NCBI GenBank assembly: GCA_963730185.1
Contig: CAVSQW010000014.1
Coordinates: 160,001 to 224,000 of the forward strand
Direction: 5' to 3'
DNA: 64,000 bases
Source: an uncultured Gemmatimonadales bacterium
GTDB lineage: Bacteria > Gemmatimonadota > Gemmatimonadetes > Gemmatimonadales > GWC2-71-9
The position numbers and the translations under genes were made by a program. Below, piece by piece: positions 47,343 to 57,182 of the stretch (the stretch's first letter is position 1; every line of letters starts with the position of its first letter). The notes beneath the pieces were generated by a model. It was not told the origin of the DNA. It saw only the letters and a program-made list of their open reading frames with translations, and made no database searches.

Positions 47343-48743
47343 GTGTCGCTGACCGATCCCCTCGCCCGGTCGTTCTTCGACCTCTGGCAGCATCTCGACC
47401 CCGTCGAGGCCGGTCGCTTCGATCCGGCCGCGGGGTTGCCCGGGCTGGCCGTCTTCGACGACGAGATCGTCCGCCAGCACCTGGCCGCCCTTCGCGCCCT
47501 CGGCCTCGCGGCGGAAGAGCTCGAGCCCGAGACCCTCGACGACCAGATCGATCTCACCCTGCTCGTCGGCGGGATTCGCGAGGTGGAGCGGACCTTCGGC
47601 CAGGAGCGCTCCCACCGCGCCGGTCCGGGCTTCTGGCTGGCCCGCCTGGCCGAGACGCTGGCCGCCCGGGCGGGCGATGGAGAGCTCCTGGACCTGGTGC
47701 CGGCCTGGGCCGAGTCGGCCGTGGTGCCGAGCGATGCCTTCGGCCTCGAGACCGGCCTGACCCTCCTGGAGGCGGTCGGCCGGCTGCTCGAGGACGAGCT
47801 GTGGGAACGGGCCCCGGCGGACCGCTTGGCCCGGGCCCGGGCGGCGCTGGAGGGCCTGGGGCAGAGTCTCCGGGCCGAAGCCAGGCCGTCGGAGGAGGCG
47901 GCCGCGAGCGGGATCGGCGAGGAGGCGGCCGACTGGCGACTCAACTACGTCTATTCGCTTTCCGCCGGGTCGGCGGCCGCGCTCCGCCAGCTCGCGGCGC
48001 TCGCCGATCAGCTCGAGGCCGATCTGGTCCGGGGCGCGGCCGTGGTCGATCCGGCCCGGCCCTGGCGGGAGATCGTCGCCGGGCTAGGCTTCGGCCCGCT
48101 GGCCTACACCGATCCCGACGCGCCGATGCTCGAGGCCTGGGCGGCGTTTCGGGACCCGACCGAGCCCGAGGCGCACTTCCGGGTCGCGCGCGCCGGCGCG
48201 CTCGAACCGGGTCGGAGCCGTCTCAGCCTCCGCCCCGGCTCGCCGCTGGCGGTGGCGCTGGGGGTCCGCTATGGCCCGGCGGGGGCCGGCGGCCTGGTCG
48301 CGGGGCGGGTCGACGCCGCCTCGGAGATCCGCCGGCGGTACGCTCAGCCCGGGCTGTTGGACGGGTGGGGCCTGTTCGCCGAGGATCGCGCGGCGCGGGC
48401 CACCCAGGCGCCTGCGCTGGCCCTCGTGCTCCAAGCCGACCTGCTGCTCCGCACCTTGGTGGCCGCCGCCGACCTGGCCGTGCACCGGCGCCAGCTGACG
48501 CTGGCCGAGGTCCCCGAACGGCTGACCACCCGGGCGCTGATCGCGCCGGAAGCCGCCGTGGCCGAGGCGCGGCGGATCGCCTCGGCGCCGCTCGAGGCCG
48601 CCGGCAGCGTGCTGGTCTGGCGCGAGTGGGTTCGGCTGGCGGCCGCCTGGCCCGGAGGCGACCCTGCGCTCGAGGCCGCGGTCCGGGCCGGCGGCCTGGC
48701 CAGTCCCGTGCTGGTTCGCTGGCGCCATGACGTCCCCGAGTAG
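47343..48743 (+). CDS. DUF885-like protein (divergent)
   Basis: LDGWGLFAE resembles the DUF885 EGWALYAE motif; operonic position. Confidence 0.6.
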   Translation: MSLTDPLARSFFDLWQHLDPVEAGRFDPAAGLPGLAVFDDEIVRQHLAALRALGLAAEELEPETLDDQIDLTLLVGGIREVERTFGQERSHRAGPGFWLARLAETLAARAGDGELLDLVPAWAESAVVPSDAFGLETGLTLLEAVGRLLEDELWERAPADRLARARAALEGLGQSLRAEARPSEEAAASGIGEEAADWRLNYVYSLSAGSAAALRQLAALADQLEADLVRGAAVVDPARPWREIVAGLGFGPLAYTDPDAPMLEAWAAFRDPTEPEAHFRVARAGALEPGRSRLSLRPGSPLAVALGVRYGPAGAGGLVAGRVDAASEIRRRYAQPGLLDGWGLFAEDRAARATQAPALALVLQADLLLRTLVAAADLAVHRRQLTLAEVPERLTTRALIAPEAAVAEARRIASAPLEAAGSVLVWREWVRLAAAWPGGDPALEAAVRAGGLASPVLVRWRHDVPE

Positions 48744-49947
48744 CTCACCCCCGGTTCCCGGTCCGGTCAAAGGCCTCGCCGCCGTCTCGCTGTTCAACGA
48801 CGTGGCGAGCGAGATGGTCTACCCGGTGCTCCCCGCGTTTCTGACCGGCACGTTGGGAGCCGGCGCGCTGGCGTTAGGCGTCCTCGACGGCGCCGCCGAC
48901 CTGACCGCGGCGGTGCTCCGGTGGTGGAGCGGGCGGCTGGCCGACCGGCCGGGGTGGCGGTCGCCCCTGGTGCTGGTGGGCTACGGGCTCGCGGTCGTGG
49001 CCCGCCCGGCGATCGCGGTGACCACGGCGGCCTGGCAGGTGATCAGCTGCCGGGTGATCGACCGGGTCGGGAAGGGGATCCGCTCGCCGGCCCGCGACGC
49101 GCTGATCGCCGACCTCGCGCCCCCCGCCATCCACGGTCGGGCCTTCGGGCTCCATCGGGCGGCCGATCATCTCGGCGCCGTGTTGGGGTCGCTGGCCGCG
49201 TACCTCTTGCTCGCCCGGGGGGTGGCCACCCGCCACGTCATCGCGGCCAGCCTCTTTCCCGGCCTGGCGGCGGTGCTGGTGCTCTCGGTCGTGGTTCGGC
49301 GGGCCCGGCTGCCCTCGGCCGCCGTGGACCCGGCCGCCAGCCGCGGGGCCAAGCCGGCGCCCGGGCCGCTCGATCTCCGCCTGGTGGCGCTGGCGGCGCT
49401 GGCCGCCTTCCGGCTGCCGGAGACCCTCCTGCTGCTTCGCTTGCAGGACCTCGGGGTGGCGGTGGCCCTGATTCCCCTGGTCTGGTCCGGGCTCCACGTG
49501 GTGCGGAGCGCCTCGTCGTACCCGGCGGGCGCGTTGGCCGATCGGGTGGGCGTGGCTGGGGTGCTGGTGCTCGGGGTGGTCTTCTATGCCGCCGGGTTGG
49601 CGGGGCTGAGCCAGCCGGTGGGGCCGGGGGGCGGCATCGCGATCGTCCTGGCCCAGGGACTCGCGAGCGGTCTCCTGGAGCCGGCCGAGCGGGTGGCCGT
49701 GGCCGCGGTGGGCGGCGCCAAGCGGGGCCACGCCTTCGGGACCTACCAGGGCCTGGTCGGGGTCGGCTCGCTCGGAACGGCGCTGCTGCTGGGCTGGCTC
49801 TATCAGGCCCATGGCGGAGCCCTCGCGCTCGCCCTGGCGGCCGGCCTCACCCTCCTCGGTCTCGGGATCTGGGCGGCCGCCGGCGGCGGGCGTCCCCGGC
49901 CCGGCCCGGACGGCGCCTCGCTTGCGGGCCCCGGTGGGCACCGGTAG
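48727..49947 (+). CDS. MFS transporter
   Basis: NDVASEM, GRLADR, DRVGKGIR..ARDA; about 12 TM. Confidence 0.92.
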   Translation: MTSPSSSPPVPGPVKGLAAVSLFNDVASEMVYPVLPAFLTGTLGAGALALGVLDGAADLTAAVLRWWSGRLADRPGWRSPLVLVGYGLAVVARPAIAVTTAAWQVISCRVIDRVGKGIRSPARDALIADLAPPAIHGRAFGLHRAADHLGAVLGSLAAYLLLARGVATRHVIAASLFPGLAAVLVLSVVVRRARLPSAAVDPAASRGAKPAPGPLDLRLVALAALAAFRLPETLLLLRLQDLGVAVALIPLVWSGLHVVRSASSYPAGALADRVGVAGVLVLGVVFYAAGLAGLSQPVGPGGGIAIVLAQGLASGLLEPAERVAVAAVGGAKRGHAFGTYQGLVGVGSLGTALLLGWLYQAHGGALALALAAGLTLLGLGIWAAAGGGRPRPGPDGASLAGPGGHR

Positions 49948-49958
49948 CTTCGCGCTCT

Positions 49959-50828
49959 ATGCCGTTTCCAGATTATCGTCGCTCGCCCTCGTGGCAGGCC
50001 GCCCCGGGGGTGGGGCGGTCGGCCGTGATGCCGGAGGCGTCGCCGCGGCCCACGGTGCCGCCGGGCTTCCGGGGCAAGACGGCCCTGGTGACGGGTGGGG
50101 CCACCGGTCTAGGCCGGGCGATCGGGCTCGAGTTCGGGCGGTTGGGGTGCAACGTGGCGTTCTGCTTCGTGAACCTGCCCGGACGGGACGTCCGGGAGAC
50201 GGCCCTCCTGACCGAGACCACGATCGCCGCGATGGGCGTGCAGGTCTTCGCCGACGCCTGCGACGTTCGCGAGCGGGCCCAGGTGGTCCGGTTCGTGGAG
50301 CAGGCCACCGAGCGGCTGGGCCCGATCCACTATCTGGTGAACAACGCCGGCATCGCGGCCGACGGCGCGATGTGGCGCCTGACCGAGCGGGACTGGACCG
50401 ACGTGATCTCCACCAACCTGATCGGCGCGGCCAACTGCATGGCCGTCGTGGCGCCCATCTTCCGGGGCCAGCGCTACGGCAAGGTCGTCAACATCAGCTC
50501 CCACCAGGCCAGCCACCCGGGCTTCGGGGTGACCAGCTTCGCCGCCTCCAAGGCCGGGATCGAGGGGCTGACCCGGGCCGCCGCCGTCGAGCTCGGCCCG
50601 AGCAACGTCAACGTCAACGCCGTCGCGCCGGGATTCGTCCGGACCGAGCGGCTGGAGCAGCTCCCCTCCGAGGTGATCGACCGGGCCCGAACCAGCGCCG
50701 TACTGGGCCGCCTGGCCGAGCCGCACGAAGTCGCCCACGTGGTGTCGTTCCTCTGCTCGGACGAGGCCCGGCACATCACCGGGCAGGTGATTCTGGTGGA
50801 CGGGGGGTTGTCGCTGGCGTACCGGTAG
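49959..50828 (+). CDS. SDR family oxidoreductase (FabG-like)
   Basis: TGGATGLG, NNAG, NAVAPG, ITGQVILVDGG; FxxxK in place of YxxxK. Confidence 0.9.
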   Translation: MPFPDYRRSPSWQAAPGVGRSAVMPEASPRPTVPPGFRGKTALVTGGATGLGRAIGLEFGRLGCNVAFCFVNLPGRDVRETALLTETTIAAMGVQVFADACDVRERAQVVRFVEQATERLGPIHYLVNNAGIAADGAMWRLTERDWTDVISTNLIGAANCMAVVAPIFRGQRYGKVVNISSHQASHPGFGVTSFAASKAGIEGLTRAAAVELGPSNVNVNAVAPGFVRTERLEQLPSEVIDRARTSAVLGRLAEPHEVAHVVSFLCSDEARHITGQVILVDGGLSLAYR

Positions 50829-50958
50829 GGGGAGGGGGGACGCGGGGGGTGAGGTGGGACGGGGAGGCACCAGCGTTGCCTCCTCACCCCGTCGCTCCCC
50901 GTCCCTCCCCGTCCCTCCCCGTCCTCCCTCCCCATCCCCCTTAGTTACCTTTCTCCCC
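50829..50958. repeat. G-tract/C-tract decamer element
   Basis: GAGGTGGGACGGGG followed by GTCCCTCCCC-type units. Confidence 0.8.
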
Positions 50959-51591
50959 ATGACAACCCTTCGATCCCGGGCCTGGCCCGGTCTCGTCCTG
51001 CTGGCCCTTGGGGCCTGCGCGGCGAACGCTCAGAAGACCCCCGTCACCCGCCCGCTCATGACCGCTGCCATGGCCGGACAGAGCGTCGCGGTGATGCCGA
51101 TCACGATGGTGCTGGTCGATCCCGAGGTGAAAGATTCCACCTTGCCTCAGGAGCGGGCGGCCCTGCTGCTCCACACCGATTCCCTGATCGTCGACGCGAT
51201 CGAGGGCCGGGCGCCCGAAGTGACCTGGATCATGCCCAAGGCCCTCCGCCACATGGCTCGGCGGAGCGGCGGGTTGATTCAGGATCCCGACCAGATGGGG
51301 CAGGCGGTGATGCGGAGCTGGAGCCTCAAGGTGGTGCCCGATCCGCTCCGGTCCAATCTTCGGAAGCTCCTCGCCGTGGCCGGCGGGCGGTACGTCTTCA
51401 TCCCGGCCTCTCTCCAGATCCGGCCGGACAGCGCGGGCACCGGTCTCCACGGTGAGCTCGCGGCGGTCCTGGCCGACGTCCGGACCGGGAGGGTGGTCTG
51501 GCGATCGCTGGCCAAGGGCGACGGGACGACTCCGGAGTCGGTCGTGGTCCACGCCATCGAGACCATCTTCCCGCCGGAGGGAACCTGGTGA
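50959..51591 (+). CDS. Hypothetical lipoprotein
   Basis: Lipobox LGAC; DVRTGRVVW motif. Confidence 0.75.
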   Translation: MTTLRSRAWPGLVLLALGACAANAQKTPVTRPLMTAAMAGQSVAVMPITMVLVDPEVKDSTLPQERAALLLHTDSLIVDAIEGRAPEVTWIMPKALRHMARRSGGLIQDPDQMGQAVMRSWSLKVVPDPLRSNLRKLLAVAGGRYVFIPASLQIRPDSAGTGLHGELAAVLADVRTGRVVWRSLAKGDGTTPESVVVHAIETIFPPEGTW

Positions 51592-52604
51592 AGCATCGCG
51601 TCACCCTCATACCGGGCGACGGTATCGGGCCCGAAATCACGATGGCGACGGTCACGATCCTCGAGGCCACGGGGGTCGAGTTCGAGTGGGACCCCCGGCT
51701 CGCCGGCATGGCGGCGGTCGAGGCGACCGGCAACCCGGTCCCGGACGAGACGGTGGCCAGCATCCGGGAGCGGCGGCTGGCCCTCAAGGGGCCGCTGACC
51801 ACGCCGGTGGGATCGGGCTACCGGTCGGTGAACGTGGCGCTCCGCCGCGAGTTCGAGCTCTACGCCAACATCCGTCCGGCCCGAACGGTGCTCCCCGGCC
51901 GCTACGACGACATCGACCTGGTGCTGGTGCGGGAGAACCTCGAGGGGTTCTACACCGGCCTCGAGCACTGGATCGCGACCCGCGACGACCCCCGGGCGGC
52001 CGGGGTCACCACCGGCGTCACCACCCGGTACGGCTGCGAGCGGATCATCCGGTACGCTTTCGAGTACGCCCTGAAGCACGGGCGGAAGAAGGTCACCATC
52101 GTTCACAAGGCCAACATCCTCCGGATGGTGAGCGGCCTCTTCTTCGAGGTGGGGCGGGCGGTGGCCAAGGAGTACGAGGGCCGGGTGGCGTGCGACGACG
52201 TGATCGTCGACAATTGCGCCATGCAGCTGGTGCTTCGGCCGGAGCGGTTCGACGTGCTGGTGGCCACCAACCTGTTCGGCGACATCCTGAGCGATGAGAT
52301 CGCCGGGCTGGTGGGCGGGCTCGGCCTGGCGCCGGGCGGCAATGTCGGCACCACCGCGTCGATCTTCGAGGCGGTGCATGGGAGCGCCCCGGACATCGCC
52401 GGGAAGGGGCTGGCCAATCCGTCGGCCCTGGTGCTGGCCGGCGCCATGATGCTCGACCACCTCGGCGAGCTCGAGGCCGGCGACCGGGTTCGCGCCGCGG
52501 TGCGGGCCACGATCGTCGACGATCAGATTCGAACCCAAGACCTGGGGGGTCATGCTTCGACCCGGGAATTTGGAGACGCGGTCGCGGCTCGGGTACGCGG
52601 GTGA
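51588..52604 (+). CDS. Isocitrate/isopropylmalate dehydrogenase family (NAD-IDH-like)
   Basis: IPGDGIGPE, RENLEG, HKANI, NLFGDILSD, EAVHGSAPDIAG. Confidence 0.93.
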   Translation: MKHRVTLIPGDGIGPEITMATVTILEATGVEFEWDPRLAGMAAVEATGNPVPDETVASIRERRLALKGPLTTPVGSGYRSVNVALRREFELYANIRPARTVLPGRYDDIDLVLVRENLEGFYTGLEHWIATRDDPRAAGVTTGVTTRYGCERIIRYAFEYALKHGRKKVTIVHKANILRMVSGLFFEVGRAVAKEYEGRVACDDVIVDNCAMQLVLRPERFDVLVATNLFGDILSDEIAGLVGGLGLAPGGNVGTTASIFEAVHGSAPDIAGKGLANPSALVLAGAMMLDHLGELEAGDRVRAAVRATIVDDQIRTQDLGGHASTREFGDAVAARVRG

Positions 52605-52941
52605 GCCGGTTCCCTGCGTCCAGTGCGACCGCCGCGAGCTAGGACTCGGGTGGGGCGAATACTGCTCGGTCTGCCGCGAGCGGCGCGAGCGTCACGCCGC
52701 CCGGATCGCGCAGCGGGTCGCCCTCGGCGGCGCGCTGCTGCTCGCGGCGTGGCTGATCTGGCGGACGCCGGACGCCTTCCTGCCCCGGCTCTTCGGCGCC
52801 GCGTCGGTGTTGCTGCTCTACGTGATCCTCCGGCGGATCGTCGGGCGGGTCGTGGTGGAGTATCTGCCCAAGGAGACGGCGGGACGGGTGGACGGAGGAA
52901 CGGCGGAAGCGAAGGACCAGCGGACCGAGGGAACGGAGTGA
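52552..52941 (+). CDS. Small zinc-ribbon membrane protein
   Basis: CVQC...CSVC followed by two TM helices; start uncertain. Confidence 0.6.
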   Translation: MLRPGNLETRSRLGYAGEPVPCVQCDRRELGLGWGEYCSVCRERRERHAARIAQRVALGGALLLAAWLIWRTPDAFLPRLFGAASVLLLYVILRRIVGRVVVEYLPKETAGRVDGGTAEAKDQRTEGTE

Positions 52942-52946
52942 GCGCC

Positions 52947-54330
52947 ATGGAGCGGATCCCGAGATCGATGCGACCCACTGGTGGCGCCGGCGCCCTGCTC
53001 GCCGCGCTGTCCCTCATCCTGGGCCCGTCCCCCCGTCTCGCCGCCCAGTCCCTGACCATCTATCAGGATGGCCGGGTCCTCCAGCGGCGGGTGCTGCCGC
53101 TCAGCGTGCCGGCCGGGACGTCGACCCTCCGGGCGGCCCTGGGTGAGCTGGATCCCGGCTCGATCTTTCCGCTCGACTCCGGGGTGGTCATCACCGGGGT
53201 GACGTACGACGCGGCGATCGACGAGGGCAACACGCTCCGGCGCGCGATCGGGCGGCGGCTGGCCTTCGTGACCCGGGGACCGAACGGGCCCGACACCGTC
53301 ACCGCGCAGGTGGTCGGCGCCGACCCCGAGCGCTACCGCCTGGCCGATGGCCGGATCACGTTCTCACGGCCGGGCGTTCCCCTCTTCCCCGCCGACCTGG
53401 TGCTGGCCGAGCCGTCGGTCGAGCTCGCCCTCCGGAGCGAGCGGGCCCGGCGGGCGTTGGGTCTGGGCTTCTTCTCGTCGGGCGGGGCCTGGGCGGCAAG
53501 CTATACCGTGACGTTAGGCAGCGTCGGCCTCGCCCGGGTCACCGGCATGGCCGTGATCCAGGCCGGGCGGCTCCGGGTCGACTCGGCCGAGGTCCAGCTC
53601 CTGGCCGGCAACGTCGGTCGGGCCGGCGGACCGATGGTCGCGGCGGCGCCGATGGCGCTCCGAGCCGACGCCGCCAAGGGCTTCGCGGCCGAGCAGCGCA
53701 TCGGCGAGGCCCACCTCTACACCATTCCGGGCCGGATCTCCCTGGTGCCCGGTCTGGCCGTCGGCGCGGCGCTCTTCGAGCCGACCTCGGCGACCGTGGA
53801 CCGGCGCTACGTGGTCGACGGGCAGCTCCCCTACCGCGGTCCGGTCCCCCAGCTGGGCGACCAGACCGAGGTGCCGGTCGGAGTGTCCTACCTCGTGCGG
53901 CGGGGCGACAAGAGCGCCTTCGGCCGGCTCCCGATTCCCGGCGGCGTGGTCCGGATCTACCGGGTCCGACGACCAGGGGCGTCCCCAGCTGGTCGCCGAG
54001 GCCTCCACCGACCACACCGCCGCCGGCCAGGACCTGGTGCTCGACGCGGGCTCGGCGTTCGACCTCACGGCCCGCCGGACCCAGACGGCCTACTCCACCC
54101 GGCGCGACAGCCTCCGGACCGAGACGTTTGCCAGCTACACCGTCACGATCGCCAACGCCGGCGACAGCACCGCCACCGTCGAGGTGCTGGAACGGCGGGC
54201 CGGCGAATGGCAGGTGGTGTCGAGCAGCCTCCCGGCCGACAAGCTCTCCAGCACGACGACCCGCTTTCGGGTCCGGGTGCCGGCCGGCGGCGAGGGCACC
54301 CTGACCTACCGGATTCGCGCCGTCTGGTGA
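52947..54330 (+). pseudogene. DUF4139 domain protein, frameshifted
   Basis: SLTIYQDG, W.ASY, HLYTIP; one extra base near 53963; C-terminal half continues in frame of ORF 54037..54330. Confidence 0.75.
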
Positions 54331-55160
54331 GCCTCGTCACCATCGTTCAGCTCTCCGATCTGCACTTCGGCCGGGACGTTGACCTGGAGCAGATCCGGGC
54401 GCTCCGGACGCTGATCCCGACCCTGGCGCCGACCGCCATCGTCGTCGCCGGCGACCTGACCCAGCGAGCGCGTTACGGCGAGCTCCAGGCGGCGCTGGCC
54501 TTCGCGGACGACCTCCGGGCGGTCGCGCCGACCCTGGTGATTCCCGGCAACCACGACGTGCAGTGGTGGGCCAGTCCGCTCGGCGTGGCGGGCGCCCGGC
54601 TCAAGTATCGGAAGTACCGCTCGCTGTTCGGCGAGTCGCTGACGCCCGCGCTGGAGCTGCCCGGCCTGGTGCTGGCCAGCACGTTGACCTCGCACGGCTG
54701 GGCCGTGGGGTCGACGACCTGGAAATTCTGGCGTGACAGCACGGTCAAGGGCCACCTGCCGGCGGCGGAGGTGGATCGGGCGGCCGCCGAGTTCGAGCGG
54801 AGCCCGGCCGACGCGCTCCGGGTCATGGTGATGCACCACAACCTGCTCCGCGGCAAGATCTCCCGGCGGATGGGCCTGGCCCACTGGCGGCGGGCGCAGG
54901 AGCGGGTGGTAGCCTCCGGGGCCGACGTCGTGCTCTGCGGACACGACCACCAGGAGGGGGCGGCCCTCCTGGCCGACCGGGTCGTGGTCTCGACCTCGAG
55001 CACCCACACCGCCCGGACCAGGGGACACCGCCCCTCCGCCTTCAACGTCGTGGCCGCCGACCGGGACACCATCTCGGTGACGCACCATCTCTGGGACCGC
55101 GCCGGGTCCCGCTTCGGGCCCGGCGCGCCGGCCCGATTTCCCCGGAGGGGCCGATCGTGA
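54327..55160 (+). CDS. Metallophosphoesterase
   Basis: SDLHFG, GDLT, PGNHD, HH, GHDH. Confidence 0.92.
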   Translation: MSLVTIVQLSDLHFGRDVDLEQIRALRTLIPTLAPTAIVVAGDLTQRARYGELQAALAFADDLRAVAPTLVIPGNHDVQWWASPLGVAGARLKYRKYRSLFGESLTPALELPGLVLASTLTSHGWAVGSTTWKFWRDSTVKGHLPAAEVDRAAAEFERSPADALRVMVMHHNLLRGKISRRMGLAHWRRAQERVVASGADVVLCGHDHQEGAALLADRVVVSTSSTHTARTRGHRPSAFNVVAADRDTISVTHHLWDRAGSRFGPGAPARFPRRGRS

Positions 55161-55855
55161 CCGCGCCGGAACAGCTGACCCTGCCCCTCGAGCAGCCGGA
55201 AGAGCTCGAGACCCGGCTCCGGCTGGTGGGGCTCGCGCCCGCGATCGAGGTCGTCCTGCACCGGAACCGCCGGACCATGGTCACCCTGGCCCAGTCGCGG
55301 CTCCGGATCCACCGGGGGTACCGCTGGGCGCCCGAGGAGGTCCTCCGCGCCATCGTCCGGTGGACCCGCCCCCGCCTGCCCGAGCCCGAGCGCCGGGCCG
55401 CCGTGCGGCTGTTGCTCAGCTTTCCGGTGCACGACTTCGTGGCCCCGCCGCCCCGGCCGCGCCGCCGGGTCCCGGAGGTCGCTGAGCCCGGCGACGACGC
55501 CCGGCTCGAGCGGCTGGAGGCGATCCACCAGGAGCTCAATCACCGCTGGTTCGCCGGCAGCCTCGCCCGGATCGCCCTCCGGCTCTCGGGGCGAATGCGC
55601 CGGAAGCTCGGCCACTACGAGCCGGCCGACCAAGGCGAGCCCGCGATCGTCATCTCGCGACGGCATCTCCGGCGGGACGGCTGGCGGGCCGCCGCCGATA
55701 CCCTGCTCCACGAGATGGTTCACCAGTGGCAGGACGAGACCGGCCGGCCCATCGACCATGGACCGGACTTCCGGCAGAAGGCGATGGAGGTGGGGATCGA
55801 GCCCCGCGCCGTCACCCGCCGCCGGCCGCTCCGGCCGCTCGACCTCGCCTCCTGA
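55157..55855 (+). CDS. SprT-like metalloprotease
   Basis: LLHEMVH ... HGPDF. Confidence 0.88.
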   Translation: MTAPEQLTLPLEQPEELETRLRLVGLAPAIEVVLHRNRRTMVTLAQSRLRIHRGYRWAPEEVLRAIVRWTRPRLPEPERRAAVRLLLSFPVHDFVAPPPRPRRRVPEVAEPGDDARLERLEAIHQELNHRWFAGSLARIALRLSGRMRRKLGHYEPADQGEPAIVISRRHLRRDGWRAAADTLLHEMVHQWQDETGRPIDHGPDFRQKAMEVGIEPRAVTRRRPLRPLDLAS

Positions 55856-55871
55856 CGTCGGCCGAGGCCCC

Positions 55872-56690
55872 GTGGTCACCACTTGGATCTGCGTCACCTG
55901 CGGGACCCAATACCCCGAGAGCGTCGTCGCGCCGGAGCGCTGCCCCATTTGCGACGACGAGCGCCAGTACCTCAGCTGGGAGGGCCAGCGGTGGACCACG
56001 CCGGCCGAGCTCTTCCTCTCGCACCGGAACGAGGTCCGCCCCGAGGAGCCCGGTCTCTTCGGGATCGGCACCACCCCGGCGTTCGCCATCGGCCAGCGGG
56101 CCCTCCTGGTGCAGTCGCCCGGGGGGAACCTCCTCTTCGATTGCGTGAGCTTGCTGGATCGCGCCACCGTGGCCTGGGTCAAGGCGTTAGGCGGCCTCCG
56201 GGCCATCGCCGTCAGCCATCCCCACTACTACTCGGCCATGGCGGATTGGGCCCGGGCGTTCGGGGTGCCGATCTACCTCCACGAGGCGGAGCGCCGCTGG
56301 GTGATGCGGCCCGACCCGGCCATCGAGTTCTGGTCGGGCGAGACCCTCGCCCTCTGGGACGACCTGACCCTGGTTCGGCTCGGCGGACACTTCGCGGGCG
56401 GCCAGGTGCTCCACTGGCCGGCCGGCGCCGAGGGCCGGGGCGCGCTCCTGACGGGCGACGTCATTCAGGTCGTCCAGGACCGCCGGTGGGTGAGCTTCAT
56501 GTACAGCTACCCCAACCTGATTCCGCTCCCCGCCGCGGTGGTCCGACGGATCGCCGACACGGTGGCCGGCTACCGCTTCGACCGGATCTACGGCGCCTGG
56601 TGGGGCAAGGTCGTCCGGACCGATGCCCGGGCCGCGGTGATTCGGTCGGCGCGGCGATATGTGGCGTCGCTGGAGCGGACAGACGTGTGA
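55872..56690 (+). CDS. MBL-fold metallo-hydrolase
   Basis: CVTCG..CPIC, SHPHYY, GGHF, FMYSYPN. Confidence 0.9.
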   Translation: MVTTWICVTCGTQYPESVVAPERCPICDDERQYLSWEGQRWTTPAELFLSHRNEVRPEEPGLFGIGTTPAFAIGQRALLVQSPGGNLLFDCVSLLDRATVAWVKALGGLRAIAVSHPHYYSAMADWARAFGVPIYLHEAERRWVMRPDPAIEFWSGETLALWDDLTLVRLGGHFAGGQVLHWPAGAEGRGALLTGDVIQVVQDRRWVSFMYSYPNLIPLPAAVVRRIADTVAGYRFDRIYGAWWGKVVRTDARAAVIRSARRYVASLERTDV

Positions 56691-56706
56691 TCTGACGTTT
56701 CAGTTA

Positions 56707-56752
56707 TTGACGTTTTGGGCCCTACAACATACTATTGTCGGCGATGTATTGG
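56707..56752 (+). promoter_or_regulatory. Sigma70 promoter and imperfect operator for padR
   Basis: TTGACG-N17-TACTAT; overlapping imperfect inverted repeat ATAC-T-ATTGTC/GGCGAT-GTAT. Confidence 0.75.
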
Positions 56753-56831
56753 CGTCCGTGGAGCAATGCCGCGGGTCGCCCGGGCCGGCGCCGCATCCGG
56801 CCGTCTCCATCCCCGGTCGGAGGATCCTGGA

Positions 56832-57179
56832 ATGAAGCCAGAGCGCGACCTGATCCGCGGAGCCGGCCCGACGGCCGTGCTCCAGCTGCTGGCGGTGCGC
56901 GAGATGTACGGCTACGAGCTGGCCCAGTCGCTCTCGCACCGGACGGACGGAGTGCTGGCTCTGGGTCAGTCGACGCTCTATCCGCTGCTTTACAATCTCG
57001 AATCGAAGGAACTGGTGGAGAGCCGCTGGGTCGACGCGGCGTCGGGGCGCCGGCGGCGGTACTACCGGATCACCGACCGGGGTCGGGCCGCGCTGGCCAG
57101 CCAGCGGGCCCAGTGGCAGGAGCTCTTTCAGGCCATGGTGGGTCTCGGATTGGTCGACCCCTCGGCGGCGGAGGGCTGA
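56832..57179 (+). CDS. PadR family transcriptional regulator
   Basis: MYGYEL, STLYPLL, RRRRYYRITDRG. Confidence 0.93.
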   Translation: MKPERDLIRGAGPTAVLQLLAVREMYGYELAQSLSHRTDGVLALGQSTLYPLLYNLESKELVESRWVDAASGRRRRYYRITDRGRAALASQRAQWQELFQAMVGLGLVDPSAAEG

Positions 57180-57182
57180 GTC

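Noticed and set aside
52623..55160. 845-aa DUF4139-phosphoesterase fusion
   Set aside because: Produced by the frameshift at about 53963; the two genes have a normal GTGA junction.
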